Positions 10,053-20,096 of a stretch of DNA of 64,000 bases are shown here, piece after piece. Made by a program: the position numbers and the translations under genes. This DNA is from Candidatus Vogelbacteria bacterium (GTDB taxonomy: Bacteria > Patescibacteriota > Minisyncoccia > Phycocordibacterales > JACRKE01). The notes below the pieces were generated by a model, which was given only the letters and a program-made list of their open reading frames with translations, was not told where the DNA came from and searched no databases. The stretch spans positions 1,711 to 65,710 of the forward strand of contig JACRKE010000026.1 in assembly GCA_016215335.1 (NCBI GenBank). Reading direction: 5' to 3'. Numbering within the stretch: the stretch's first letter is position 1; each line of letters opens with the position of its first letter.

Positions 10053-11140
10053 ATATTTTAACTATTGGCTCTGACAGAAATCTTTTTGAAAGTGACACCG
10101 CTGTCCGTACAAGAGTAGTTGAATATGGAAAGTTGTTCGATTCAATGTCGATAATAGTTTTCACCACGCGTTCACCCAAATATAAGGTTAGCCATATGGC
10201 GCCAAATGTTACTGTTTATCCCACGCGATCACTGAACAGATTATTTTATGTCTGGGACGCGATTCTGCTTGGCAGAAAAATTAAAACATTCGATGTTGTT
10301 TCTGCACAAGATCCTTTCGAATCGGGTATTGTTGCTTGGGTCATCGCAAAAATTTCTGAGTCGAAACTGCACATTCAAGTGCACACAGACTTATTCGATC
10401 CCAACTTTAAGAAAGAATCGTTTTTAAACAAAATTCGAGTTCTGCTCGCTAAATTTTTGTTACCCAAAGCTGGTGGAATACGAGTGGTATCTGAGAGGAT
10501 TAAACGAACTTTAGTTGGAAGAGGAATTAGAGAGAACAAAATCACTGTTTTGCCTATTTATGTTGACGTAGAAAAGATTGCGAACCAACCTGTAAAAACA
10601 GATTTGAAGGAAAAATATAGAGACAGATACATTATTCTCATGGCTTCGCGGTTGACAGTTGAAAAAAATATACAACTTGCAATAAGGGCTATACAGGGAC
10701 TATTTAAAAGTCCTGAAATTACAAAGAATTTATTATTGCTTATAGTGGGCGATGGCCCCGAAAAGATACATCTAGAGGAAATGGTTATGCAGTATGGCCT
10801 TACACAGCATGTCATGTTTGAATCGTGGACATCAGACCTAATTTCGTATCTAAAAACTTGCGATGTTTTTTTACTCACTTCGAATTACGAGGGGTATGGC
10901 ATGACTCTTGTCGAAGCAGCCGCATCAGGGGCGCTCATTGTTTCAAGTAATGTGGGCATATCGTCAGAGATTGTGCCACCAGGACACTTATTTACCGTGG
11001 GTGATAATTTGGATTTAGAAAATAAATTGACTGAAGCAATTATCGGGAGACTTGACGCAAAGGGTAAGAATTTGTCATTGTCTAAGCATTATAGTTGGGA
11101 GGAATATCTCCTTGAGTATAAAAAAAGTTGTAGCTTGTAA
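10049..11140 (+). CDS. glycosyltransferase family 4
   Basis: SRLTVEKN, IVGDGPE, TSNYEGYGMTLVEAAASG. Confidence 0.92.
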   Translation: MNILTIGSDRNLFESDTAVRTRVVEYGKLFDSMSIIVFTTRSPKYKVSHMAPNVTVYPTRSLNRLFYVWDAILLGRKIKTFDVVSAQDPFESGIVAWVIAKISESKLHIQVHTDLFDPNFKKESFLNKIRVLLAKFLLPKAGGIRVVSERIKRTLVGRGIRENKITVLPIYVDVEKIANQPVKTDLKEKYRDRYIILMASRLTVEKNIQLAIRAIQGLFKSPEITKNLLLLIVGDGPEKIHLEEMVMQYGLTQHVMFESWTSDLISYLKTCDVFLLTSNYEGYGMTLVEAAASGALIVSSNVGISSEIVPPGHLFTVGDNLDLENKLTEAIIGRLDAKGKNLSLSKHYSWEEYLLEYKKSCSL

Positions 11141-11162
11141 TTATAATTAAAAGTCAGCTCTT

Positions 11163-12020
11163 ATGAAAATCGGATTTATTGGACAGGGGTGGATTGGAAA
11201 GAATTATGCGGACAATTTCAAGAATCGCGGATATGAAGTTGTACGCTATTCGCTTGAGCCTAAGTATGCAAAGAATAAGGAGGAAATTAAAAAATGCGAT
11301 ATTGTTTTTATCGCAGTTCCCACACCAACCACTCCAAAAGGATTTGATGCAGGTGTACTCGTTAAGGTGATGGAGCTAGTGGGAAAAAAGAAAATTGCTG
11401 TCATCAAGTCGACCATATTGCCCGGAACGACTGAGTCTATTCAGAAGCAATATTCAGATATCTATGTTATGCATTCACCTGAATTCCTAAGTGAACGTAC
11501 TGCAAAAGAAGACGTGCGTTGGCCAGATAGTCACGTGATTGGAATTTCGACAAACAGTAGTATTTTTAGAAGTAAGGCGAGAATGGTTCTTTCTGTTTTG
11601 CCTGACGTTCCATCAATAATTTGCAGTTCTGTAGAAGCAGAATTCATTAAGTATGCTCATAATATTCACGGATTTATTGACGTTGTCTACTCGAATCTTC
11701 TGTATGATTTAGCTGGAAAATTAGGCGTGGAGTGGGACATCGTCAAAAAATTCGCCTCTCACGACAAGTACATGGTAGATAGATATATGAATCCTGTACA
11801 CGCAAGTGGTCACGTGAATAGACCAGGCAGAGGGGCTGGTGGACACTGTTATATTAAGGACTTTGCGGCCTTTCGTAAGCTTTATGTGGATAAGGTTGGA
11901 GATAAAAATGGTATGGCAGTTCTTGATTCCATAGAAAAAAAGAATATCGAGCTTTTGCTGACTACTAATAAAGACATAGATTTACTTCAAGATGTTTATG
12001 GAAAGGCAATAAATAAATGA
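11163..12020 (+). CDS. UDP-glucose/GDP-mannose dehydrogenase family protein (short form)
   Basis: GFIGQGWIG, FIAVPTP, KSTILPGTT, PEFLSE, AEFIKY, GAGGHCYIKD. Confidence 0.8.
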   Translation: MKIGFIGQGWIGKNYADNFKNRGYEVVRYSLEPKYAKNKEEIKKCDIVFIAVPTPTTPKGFDAGVLVKVMELVGKKKIAVIKSTILPGTTESIQKQYSDIYVMHSPEFLSERTAKEDVRWPDSHVIGISTNSSIFRSKARMVLSVLPDVPSIICSSVEAEFIKYAHNIHGFIDVVYSNLLYDLAGKLGVEWDIVKKFASHDKYMVDRYMNPVHASGHVNRPGRGAGGHCYIKDFAAFRKLYVDKVGDKNGMAVLDSIEKKNIELLLTTNKDIDLLQDVYGKAINK

Positions 12021-13021
12021 GATTGCTTGTTGTAACTCAAGTTGTTGATATTCGCGACCCGATTCTAGGTTTTTTTCACTATTGGCTCGGAGAGTTTTCA
12101 AAACATTTTGACAAGATTACTGTAATCTGTCTAAAGAAAGGAGAATGTTCGCTTCCGAGCAATGTAAATATCGTTTCGCTTGGGAAAGAAGACAAACAAT
12201 CACGTTTCCAGTATATCTTAAGATTTTACAAATATATTTTCCATTATCGAAAGGAATACGATAGCGTGTTCGTGCATATGAACCAAGAGTATATTTTGCT
12301 TGGCGGTTTGCTCTGGGCCCTTCTAGGAAAACCAGCTTTTCTTTGGCGTAATCATTCAAAGGGTTTTTGGATCACCAAACTGGCTGGGAAACTATCCAAA
12401 AAAGTGTTCTATACTTCTCCTCAATCTTTTACGGCGCCATTTAAGAATTCAATACAAATGCCTGTAGGAGTGGATACTGATTTCTTTAAACCAAGCGGAG
12501 TCAATAGGGAGGGAGTGTTGATTATGGGTAGAATCTCACCGGTGAAAAAAGTAAGTGAAATGATTGCCGTGGCGTCTGAAGTCGCTAACAAAATACCTTT
12601 TACTCTTAAGGTAATCGGTGGACTAGATAGTAGATTTCTTGATTATTACGAAGAAGTGAAGAGGGGGCTAGAAAAATTTCCAGGCAAAGTTGTGCAAGGT
12701 GACGGAGTTCCGTTGGATAAAGTAAGAGATCTTTTTTGTTCGACTGATATTTTCATGAATTTTACTCCAGAGGGAAGTTACGACAAAATGATTTTCGAAG
12801 CCGCCGCTTGTGGTACGTTAGTTTTATCTACAAATTCTGGCCTAGCAGGACAAATACCAAATGAATGTATCTCTACTTCCAAAAATGAAACTTCCACACT
12901 TGAAAATTTACTGAAATTACCACTAGATATAAAATCCGACTTACGAAATAGTTTACGAGAACAAATTGTGAGACATCACGGCCTTACTCACCTCGCAGTC
13001 AGACTCACTGAGGAGTTATGA
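12017..13021 (+). CDS. glycosyltransferase family 4
   Basis: GVDTDFFKP, GRISPVKK, DKMIFEAAACG. Confidence 0.85.
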   Translation: MRLLVVTQVVDIRDPILGFFHYWLGEFSKHFDKITVICLKKGECSLPSNVNIVSLGKEDKQSRFQYILRFYKYIFHYRKEYDSVFVHMNQEYILLGGLLWALLGKPAFLWRNHSKGFWITKLAGKLSKKVFYTSPQSFTAPFKNSIQMPVGVDTDFFKPSGVNREGVLIMGRISPVKKVSEMIAVASEVANKIPFTLKVIGGLDSRFLDYYEEVKRGLEKFPGKVVQGDGVPLDKVRDLFCSTDIFMNFTPEGSYDKMIFEAAACGTLVLSTNSGLAGQIPNECISTSKNETSTLENLLKLPLDIKSDLRNSLREQIVRHHGLTHLAVRLTEEL

Positions 13022-14064
13022 AAATCTGCTATATAAATTTTAATCTTAATAACCCACGTGACCAAATAACATTAAGGGGTTTAAAAGAAAATGGAGTTTC
13101 TTTATTAGAAATTTCAGATTGCACACCAGGTTGGAGAAAATATGTGACTATCGCTAAGAGTTATCGCGCTCACAGGAAGGAGTGCGATGTTGTAATGATC
13201 GGCTATGCTGGGAGTGTTCTGGTTATATTCATGAGTTTAATTACAAGAAAAAGTATAGTTTATAATTCTCTAGCCAATTTTTTGGACAGTATGATAATTT
13301 CAAGGAGAAATGGTTCCTATTTGTCCTTGTCGACTATCTGGTATTATGCTGTAGAATTTCTGGCTTTTCATATGGCAAGCTTGTCTTTTTTGGAATGTCA
13401 GTCTCAGAAAGATATGGTCGTAAGATTATTTAAGGTTAATCATAAAAAGATTTCTGTTCATTTCGTAGGCACGGATGATAAGCAGTTTTGTTTTGACAGT
13501 ACTGTTAAAAAACTAAAAGAATTTACTGTTATGTTCCGAGGTATGTTTTTACCAGAAGCAGGGGCTGACGTGGTAATCCGAGCAGCTAAAGAGCTTGAAC
13601 ACGAGGGTATTCGATTCCGAATCATAGGTCGTGGATTACTTCAGCGAAAAATTGAAGAACTAATACAAAAACTAAAACCGAATAACGTTGAGTTTATTAC
13701 GGAGAGACTCCCTATTGAAATTCTTCGGGATAAAATGCTAGAGTGCCACTTATCCCTCGGTCAATTGGCTAAACACCCTCGAGTACATACAACTATTCCA
13801 CATAAGGCATTTGAGAGTATGGCGATGAAACTACCCTATCTCACAGGGGAAAACAAGGGAGTTATGGAAGTTCTAAAAGATGGCCAAACCTGTTTCGTTG
13901 TGCCGCCCGGGGATCATTTTGGTTTGGCGCGTAAAATTCTCGAGATAAGTAAGCAACCTGAAGATTTAGAGAGAATTTCAGAAAACGCTTATAGGTTGTA
14001 TTTGCGAGAATTTACTCCTAAAATTTTAGCCAGAAAAATAGTTGAAGAAATTGAATTTAGATAA
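13018..14064 (+). CDS. glycosyltransferase family 4
   Basis: IPHKAFESMAMKLP, C-terminal GT-B signature. Confidence 0.82.
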   Translation: MKICYINFNLNNPRDQITLRGLKENGVSLLEISDCTPGWRKYVTIAKSYRAHRKECDVVMIGYAGSVLVIFMSLITRKSIVYNSLANFLDSMIISRRNGSYLSLSTIWYYAVEFLAFHMASLSFLECQSQKDMVVRLFKVNHKKISVHFVGTDDKQFCFDSTVKKLKEFTVMFRGMFLPEAGADVVIRAAKELEHEGIRFRIIGRGLLQRKIEELIQKLKPNNVEFITERLPIEILRDKMLECHLSLGQLAKHPRVHTTIPHKAFESMAMKLPYLTGENKGVMEVLKDGQTCFVVPPGDHFGLARKILEISKQPEDLERISENAYRLYLREFTPKILARKIVEEIEFR

Positions 14065-14099
14065 CGCTTATATAATACCCTGAATGTAACTATCTTAAT

Positions 14100-15140
14100 A
14101 TGAAAAAAAAGATTCTAGTATGTGGCGCAGGAGGCTTTATAGGCAGTCATTTGGTCAGTAAATTAAAGAAAGAGGGTTCTTGGGTTCGTGGTGTCGATTT
14201 GAAATACCCAGAATATTCTAAATCGACTGCAGATGAATTCGTAATAGGAGACTTACGTGACCAGATGGTCGTAAAGAAAGTGTTAGATCAACCTTTTGAC
14301 GAGGTGTATCAACTAGCTGCCGATATGGGTGGCGCAGGGTACATATTTACAGGCGAACATGATGCCGATGTTATGCATAATTCTGCAACAATTAATCTAA
14401 ATATAGTATCTTATGGCCAAAAAGTAGGTATTAAGAAAATTTTCTACTCCTCTTCTGCTTGTATTTATCCGGAATACAATCAGCTTGATTCAGATAATCC
14501 CAAATGCTCTGAAGAATCCGCATACCCAGCGGCACCAGATAGCGAATATGGGTGGGAGAAACTATTTAGTGAAAGAATGTATCTGGCATACTATCGGAAT
14601 TATGGTTTAGAGGTTAGAATTGCCCGCTTTCACAATATCTTTGGACCAGAGGGGACGTGGAATGGAGGAAAAGAAAAGGCACCTGCCGCGATTTGCAGGA
14701 AGGTTGCTGAGGCAGCATCTGGAGTTAATCTAGCAGAAATTTGGACACCAAGTGGTGTTAGACGGGTACCCTCTCTTGAAATTTGGGGAGATGGTAAGCA
14801 AACCCGTTCATTTCTCTATATTGATGAGTGCCTTGAAGGAATTAGTCGCTTGATGAATTCTAATTTCACTGGTCCCGTTAATATAGGATCCGAAGAAAAG
14901 ATTAGCATAAATGAGCTCGCACAGATGGCGGCCAAAATCGCTGGGTTGCAGGAGCTTATGATTAATCACATTTCAGGACCACTTGGAGTTCGTGGTCGAA
15001 ATTCAGACAATAGACTAATAAAAAAAGAGCTGGATTGGGCACCGAGTCAAAAATTAGAATTGGGAATGACGGAGACATTTAATTGGATAAAACAACAAAT
15101 GGCTGAATTGCAAAAGAAAGAAATGGCTAAGCAAAATTAA
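14100..15140 (+). CDS. NAD-dependent epimerase, GDP-mannose 3',5'-epimerase-like
   Basis: GAGGFIG, QLAADMGGAGYI, SSSACIYP, YGWEK, KEKAPAAICRK, GVRGRNSDN. Confidence 0.88.
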   Translation: MKKKILVCGAGGFIGSHLVSKLKKEGSWVRGVDLKYPEYSKSTADEFVIGDLRDQMVVKKVLDQPFDEVYQLAADMGGAGYIFTGEHDADVMHNSATINLNIVSYGQKVGIKKIFYSSSACIYPEYNQLDSDNPKCSEESAYPAAPDSEYGWEKLFSERMYLAYYRNYGLEVRIARFHNIFGPEGTWNGGKEKAPAAICRKVAEAASGVNLAEIWTPSGVRRVPSLEIWGDGKQTRSFLYIDECLEGISRLMNSNFTGPVNIGSEEKISINELAQMAAKIAGLQELMINHISGPLGVRGRNSDNRLIKKELDWAPSQKLELGMTETFNWIKQQMAELQKKEMAKQN

Positions 15141-15166
15141 TTTTTTTTATCGCTCGTTTGTGTAGA

Positions 15167-15790
15167 ATGAAAGCTATGCGGAAGATTAAAAGTCGTTTAA
15201 TTGAGTTCAAATTCTACTGCCTTAGATTGCTGTGGCGAGTAAAATTTACATTTTTTCGAGAAAAATTGCCAAAGAACACCGACGGCAAAGTGTATTTAAA
15301 TCTTGGATGTGGGGTCAACACTTCGCAAGAGTTTATAAACATAGACGCCTTTCCATTTGCCAAAACCCACTTGGTACGCAATATTCAAGATCTCACAATA
15401 TTTCCAAGTAATTCGGTGGATATGATTTATGCTAGTCACGTGATTGAACATATTCCTAGAAATAGTTTAACAAAGACATTGTCCGAGTGGTGTCGTGTTC
15501 TAAAGACGGGAGGGGTTTTAAGATTTGGTGTTCCAGACCTAGACAAGCTGATTGATTATTACAACACACACGAGAAAGATGTGGAAAGTATTATAAATCA
15601 GCTTCTTGGACAAGATGCTGACTATGATAGACATTGTACAATTTGGAATTCAAAATTCGCAGAGAAAATACTTAAGGAAGCTGGTTTTTCGGGTATACCA
15701 AGATTTTGGGATGTTAACACTACTGAGCATCACAATTTTAATGACAAATCGAACCGAAACATATCTTTAAATTTAGAAATATCAAAATGA
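15167..15790 (+). CDS. SAM-dependent methyltransferase domain protein
   Basis: LNLGCG, IYASHVIEH, RVLKTGGVLRFGVPD; exact start uncertain. Confidence 0.8.
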   Translation: MKAMRKIKSRLIEFKFYCLRLLWRVKFTFFREKLPKNTDGKVYLNLGCGVNTSQEFINIDAFPFAKTHLVRNIQDLTIFPSNSVDMIYASHVIEHIPRNSLTKTLSEWCRVLKTGGVLRFGVPDLDKLIDYYNTHEKDVESIINQLLGQDADYDRHCTIWNSKFAEKILKEAGFSGIPRFWDVNTTEHHNFNDKSNRNISLNLEISK

Positions 15791-16743
15791 ACCAAGGCCG
15801 TCATCCAATAAAAACAGTAGAGGACATCCCTTTTTTTTCAGAAGATCGATATTGGGGTAAAGCACCGAAAGAAGAGCTTGAGAAAGCGGTTTCGCTTATT
15901 GTTGATAAGGGTTGGGACGAGTTCCAAGTTGTTTTTAAAGATAAATTTGATGCTACCTTTGAAGAGAATCGGGCAGATTGGAGATTTGTTATACCAGTTT
16001 CTAAAGATTTTACTGTCCTAGATGCTGGTGCTGGAATGGGACGCATCAGCATTCCTCTTGCAAGGGTAGTGAAAAAAGTAGTTGCACTAGACCAGTCTTT
16101 CCTGAGAATGAAATTTCTAAAATTAAGGGCGGGAAAGGAGGGGCTCACAAATATAGAAGTTAACGTAGGAGATATATTTGATCGACCATTTCCAAATGAG
16201 AGTTTTGATTTAATTGTTATGAACGGGCTTCTTGAATGGGTCGGTGCTACAAATCGTTTTAAGAACCCTCGTGAAGCGCAAATTGTGAGCTTGCGTATTG
16301 CTAAAGATTTACTTAAAAAAGGCGGTTATCTATATATTGGAATTGAAAATCGTATTGCAGCAGCGAATTTGAAAGCGATAGACCATAGTGGCTTGCGTTT
16401 TACAAGTTACATGCCCAGATTTATTGCTGATATTTACATGAAAATTCTTAAGGGGAGACGATATGACACATATACATATTCTAGGAAAGGGTATATTAAG
16501 TTAATTAAAGAAAGTGGATTTGATCTTAGTAATATTGAATTTTATCTTCCATTTCCAGGCTACAATCTTCCAAGGTTAATGATACCACACAATAATTTGT
16601 ACGCACTTCGGTTCGCAATCGAATCAATTAAGCCACCTTACGGCCTAAAGGGCAGGGCAATCAGGATATTGGTTACGATTCCCTTGGTGTTAAGGTTATA
16701 TCGATATTTATTTTTTAGCTTTGGTATTGTAATTAAAAAATGA
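15787..16743 (+). CDS. class I SAM-dependent methyltransferase
   Basis: VLDAGAGMG, FDLIVMNGLLEWV, LKKGGYLYIGIEN. Confidence 0.85.
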   Translation: MNQGRHPIKTVEDIPFFSEDRYWGKAPKEELEKAVSLIVDKGWDEFQVVFKDKFDATFEENRADWRFVIPVSKDFTVLDAGAGMGRISIPLARVVKKVVALDQSFLRMKFLKLRAGKEGLTNIEVNVGDIFDRPFPNESFDLIVMNGLLEWVGATNRFKNPREAQIVSLRIAKDLLKKGGYLYIGIENRIAAANLKAIDHSGLRFTSYMPRFIADIYMKILKGRRYDTYTYSRKGYIKLIKESGFDLSNIEFYLPFPGYNLPRLMIPHNNLYALRFAIESIKPPYGLKGRAIRILVTIPLVLRLYRYLFFSFGIVIKK

Positions 16744-17648
16744 TAAATCTTGTAAGAAGAATAATATCCGGACACCCTGAGTGGACAAGCAATTTAAATG
16801 CGCCACTTTCTGTAATGAAGATGAGTACTCCTACTTCTGGACGTTCTTTGGATAAAGGTAAGGTACTTTTGTTTGTGTTTGAGCCAGGATTAAAGGTCCC
16901 TACGTGGTGTGTTAAGACTACGAGATCATATGATGAGGCAGAATTAATTAGACGAAATTATAGAAATTTAAGTCTATTAAGGGCTGGGGTTGACAATAGT
17001 GCGCTTTCTGATTTATTTGCTAAACCCTTATTTCTATATGATAACAAAGAAACAATATTTTGCATTGAATCAGTCTGCCGAGGCCAGATACCTTCGGTGA
17101 ATCAAGGTGTATTAGATCTTGTATTAAATGCATATGAAGATTGGCAAGTTCATTTATTGAGTAACTCAAATTCTAACAAACTTTGGCTAGTCGAAGATCT
17201 AAGATCGTTAATAAAAGATACAGTTTCTTCATTTAATCATGAAGATATGGAGACAAAAAAAATCATCGAATACTACGATACGTTATTAAAAGGAGATAAT
17301 GTTATGTTACCGGCTTTAACTCAACATGGCGATCTCACCCCAAATAATGTTCTCCTGTCTGGAGATCACGTTTCCATCATCGATTATGATTTTATTGGAA
17401 TCAGTACGTTGCCCGGATACGACATATTTAATTTTATATTGAAGTTTCATTGCTACGATGTATCCTTCAGGGCTATATGTGAGCGTTATTTAAGGCGATA
17501 TTTTGAAAAAATAGGCGTTAAAATTGTATCACTGGATGTATTGTTCTTCGCCTATTACATTCTGGAAATTAAGAGAAAGGATTGCAATATTTACAAAAAA
17601 AGTTTCGAAGAATTGATTGCAGGGTTTAACTCCCTTATGATTAAGTAA
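16740..17648 (+). CDS. aminoglycoside-phosphotransferase (APH)-like kinase
   Basis: Brenner motif HGDLTPNNVL and IIDYD. Confidence 0.75.
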   Translation: MINLVRRIISGHPEWTSNLNAPLSVMKMSTPTSGRSLDKGKVLLFVFEPGLKVPTWCVKTTRSYDEAELIRRNYRNLSLLRAGVDNSALSDLFAKPLFLYDNKETIFCIESVCRGQIPSVNQGVLDLVLNAYEDWQVHLLSNSNSNKLWLVEDLRSLIKDTVSSFNHEDMETKKIIEYYDTLLKGDNVMLPALTQHGDLTPNNVLLSGDHVSIIDYDFIGISTLPGYDIFNFILKFHCYDVSFRAICERYLRRYFEKIGVKIVSLDVLFFAYYILEIKRKDCNIYKKSFEELIAGFNSLMIK

Positions 17649-18829
17649 TGATAAGGATTGTATACATATCACGAATAAACCTTTTGTCGGGTCGCACTAA
17701 TGTGTACAATACAGTGAAAACGTGCGAAGCAATCAACTCTCAAGAAGACTTTTCTGCGGAAATTATCACGACAGATTTTGACCGTGAGTCTGCCTCATTT
17801 TGCGAGAGAATGGGCATACACAGACCTTTCGATATTACATGTTTGGGAGTGACAGACACAAGTTCGCCGCGTAGTGGTCGAAGTTGGCAGGAGCTTATTA
17901 TGCTTATAAAAGCAAACTTTTATCTATCAAAATATTTATTCTTGCGGAGAAGAGAGTTTGACATCGTTTATTTTCGCGACGAGTCTCTTTTTATTGCCGC
18001 AATAATGTCCAGGTTTTGCTTAAGGAAAAAGTTTTTTTTTGAAATTCATTCTGTATTGAGTCGATGGTATCGGCAAATGATGAATGTGCTCTCGGTCAGG
18101 TTTGCAGGTGGAGTTCTCGCTATCAGCACCGGATTGAAGCGATATTATGAGGCACACAACAGTAACATTTTGGTTTCATTGTGCAGTGCCGCAGAAGACT
18201 CATGGTTCGATTATTCCAAAAATAAAGATACTTTTAGGAAAGAGTTGGGTCTACCATTAGACGCGTTTCTGGTTGGTTATATTGGCGTGGTCGGCATTAA
18301 TCCAAATAATGACTATTATGAGCTTGATGATATTCTGAGAAGCCTGGCGTTTTTGCCTAAAGAAATCAAGTACGTTGTGGCTGGTGAATTGAATAATAAT
18401 GCTGATTGGTTAAGAAAAATAGCAAGTGACTTGGACGTATTAGATAGAATAATTATTTTGCCGTGGCTTGAAAGGAAGGATGTGCCTAAATACCTCCAAG
18501 CCTTCGACATTAACCTTATTCCAAAGCGCAAGAAAGATTTAGTAGGCGATTCTCCTGCCAAGATGTTTCCTGCTTTGGCCTCACTTCGACCGATTGTTGC
18601 TGGGCACGCAGAGTGCATTGAGGAAGTTTTGACTGATGGTTTAGATGCTATCATTGTGGAGGATAACAAACCAGAAGGTTGGGCAGGAGCTATTGTGAAG
18701 ATCTATGAAAACAAGGAACTAGCTCATAGGATATCAAGCAAGGCATTTGAGACTAAACATAAGTACACATGGGAGAAGCGCGGTATTGCTATATCCGAGT
18801 TTATCAGAAAGACAATCACTACAAGATGA
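17648..18829 (+). CDS. glycosyltransferase family 4
   Basis: GT-B; SPAKMF...RPIVA, YTWEKR. Confidence 0.82.
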   Translation: MIRIVYISRINLLSGRTNVYNTVKTCEAINSQEDFSAEIITTDFDRESASFCERMGIHRPFDITCLGVTDTSSPRSGRSWQELIMLIKANFYLSKYLFLRRREFDIVYFRDESLFIAAIMSRFCLRKKFFFEIHSVLSRWYRQMMNVLSVRFAGGVLAISTGLKRYYEAHNSNILVSLCSAAEDSWFDYSKNKDTFRKELGLPLDAFLVGYIGVVGINPNNDYYELDDILRSLAFLPKEIKYVVAGELNNNADWLRKIASDLDVLDRIIILPWLERKDVPKYLQAFDINLIPKRKKDLVGDSPAKMFPALASLRPIVAGHAECIEEVLTDGLDAIIVEDNKPEGWAGAIVKIYENKELAHRISSKAFETKHKYTWEKRGIAISEFIRKTITTR

Positions 18830-20019
18830 AAAGAATTAATATTGCACACAAGAGAAAAAATTCCAAGCTAAATAGAATATTGCTCATTATTCATTGTCTC
18901 TTAAGGGCGATCTTTTTCGGTCCAGCCAAGTATAAACCACAAGAAGTTAGAAGGATTATTGTGGTACCTTCGGGAAAGCTTGGAGATGTTGTGTGTACCA
19001 CTCCTGTATTGCATGCAATTAGGACGAGCTTGCCTAAGACAACCATAATTGTTGCTGGGCAAAGTGGATTACACCGATCGTTGCTTGCAGATAGTGGGCT
19101 TGTCGATGAGTATCTAGATTTGGACAATGAAGATGCTATAGAAAATATTAAGAAAAGTAAAGTTGATGCGGCAATAATAACTGGCCCATCCTTTATGCCA
19201 GCTGCACAGGTGTATATTGCAGGTGTGCCACTGATTATTGCTGCACGCGTAGAAGGCGGAATTTCTCCATCGGAGACAAAGCCCTACAAAATTTTACAAA
19301 GATTTATCAAAACATTTCCGTATCGAATGGGCGAGTACGCTCCACGTGAACGTCTCAAATCACTTGAACCACTTGGCATATTCTTTAATGATACAAAGAA
19401 ACATCTCGCGTTTTCAGAAACCGCCCATAATAAAGTTAAGCAGTTTTTCATTGATCACGAAGTCGACATCAACAAAGATTTTGTCGTGGGTATTTCACCA
19501 AGTGCTGGTAATAAGATAAAAGAGTGGCCAGAAGACAGGTTCGCTAAAATCGCTGATCATCTATTTGAAAAGTATGGCGCTAAAATATTTATAACGGGCG
19601 GAAAGGGAGACGTAGAAAAAGCGAATGAAGTTATTCGGTGCTTAGACAAGAAAACATTTATCATCGATACGTCAGGTAAATTTAGCTTGGACGAGCTTAA
19701 GGCATTTATGGCTAAGCTTAAACTCTTCATTAGTGTTGACTCCGGCCCGATCTACATTGCTGAAGCGTTTAACGTGCCCACCATCGACATTGTGGGCCCA
19801 ATGGATGAACACGAGCAACCACCCATAGGACCAAGGCATCGAGTAGTTGTTTCTATAGAAAGAGAAGCTCCAGAGATGCATATATTGAATGCAGGAGGCT
19901 GCGATCCAGATGAAGTAGTGAGACAAGTCAAAGCGATAAGTGTCGACATGGTAAAATTACAAATTGGGGATCTAATCTCAAAAGAATTACTTTTAAATTG
20001 TAGCAGTGAATATTTGTGA
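18826..20019 (+). CDS. glycosyltransferase family 9 (heptosyltransferase-like)
   Basis: KLGDVVCTTP, KEWPEDRF, FISVDSGPIYIAEAFNVPT; start at the ATGA overlap. Confidence 0.85.
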   Translation: MKRINIAHKRKNSKLNRILLIIHCLLRAIFFGPAKYKPQEVRRIIVVPSGKLGDVVCTTPVLHAIRTSLPKTTIIVAGQSGLHRSLLADSGLVDEYLDLDNEDAIENIKKSKVDAAIITGPSFMPAAQVYIAGVPLIIAARVEGGISPSETKPYKILQRFIKTFPYRMGEYAPRERLKSLEPLGIFFNDTKKHLAFSETAHNKVKQFFIDHEVDINKDFVVGISPSAGNKIKEWPEDRFAKIADHLFEKYGAKIFITGGKGDVEKANEVIRCLDKKTFIIDTSGKFSLDELKAFMAKLKLFISVDSGPIYIAEAFNVPTIDIVGPMDEHEQPPIGPRHRVVVSIEREAPEMHILNAGGCDPDEVVRQVKAISVDMVKLQIGDLISKELLLNCSSEYL

Positions 20020-20046
20020 TTTAATAGAACCTAAAAAAACAAGTTG

Positions 20047-20069
20047 CCCCACACCTTGTGAGTGTGGGG
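20047..20069. terminator. hairpin between convergent genes, probable terminator of the radical SAM gene
   Basis: CCCCACAC-7nt-GTGTGGGG with an A-run upstream on + (U-tail on -). Confidence 0.55.
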
Positions 20070-20096
20070 TAGAGACAGAGTCGTTTTCGAGCTCTT

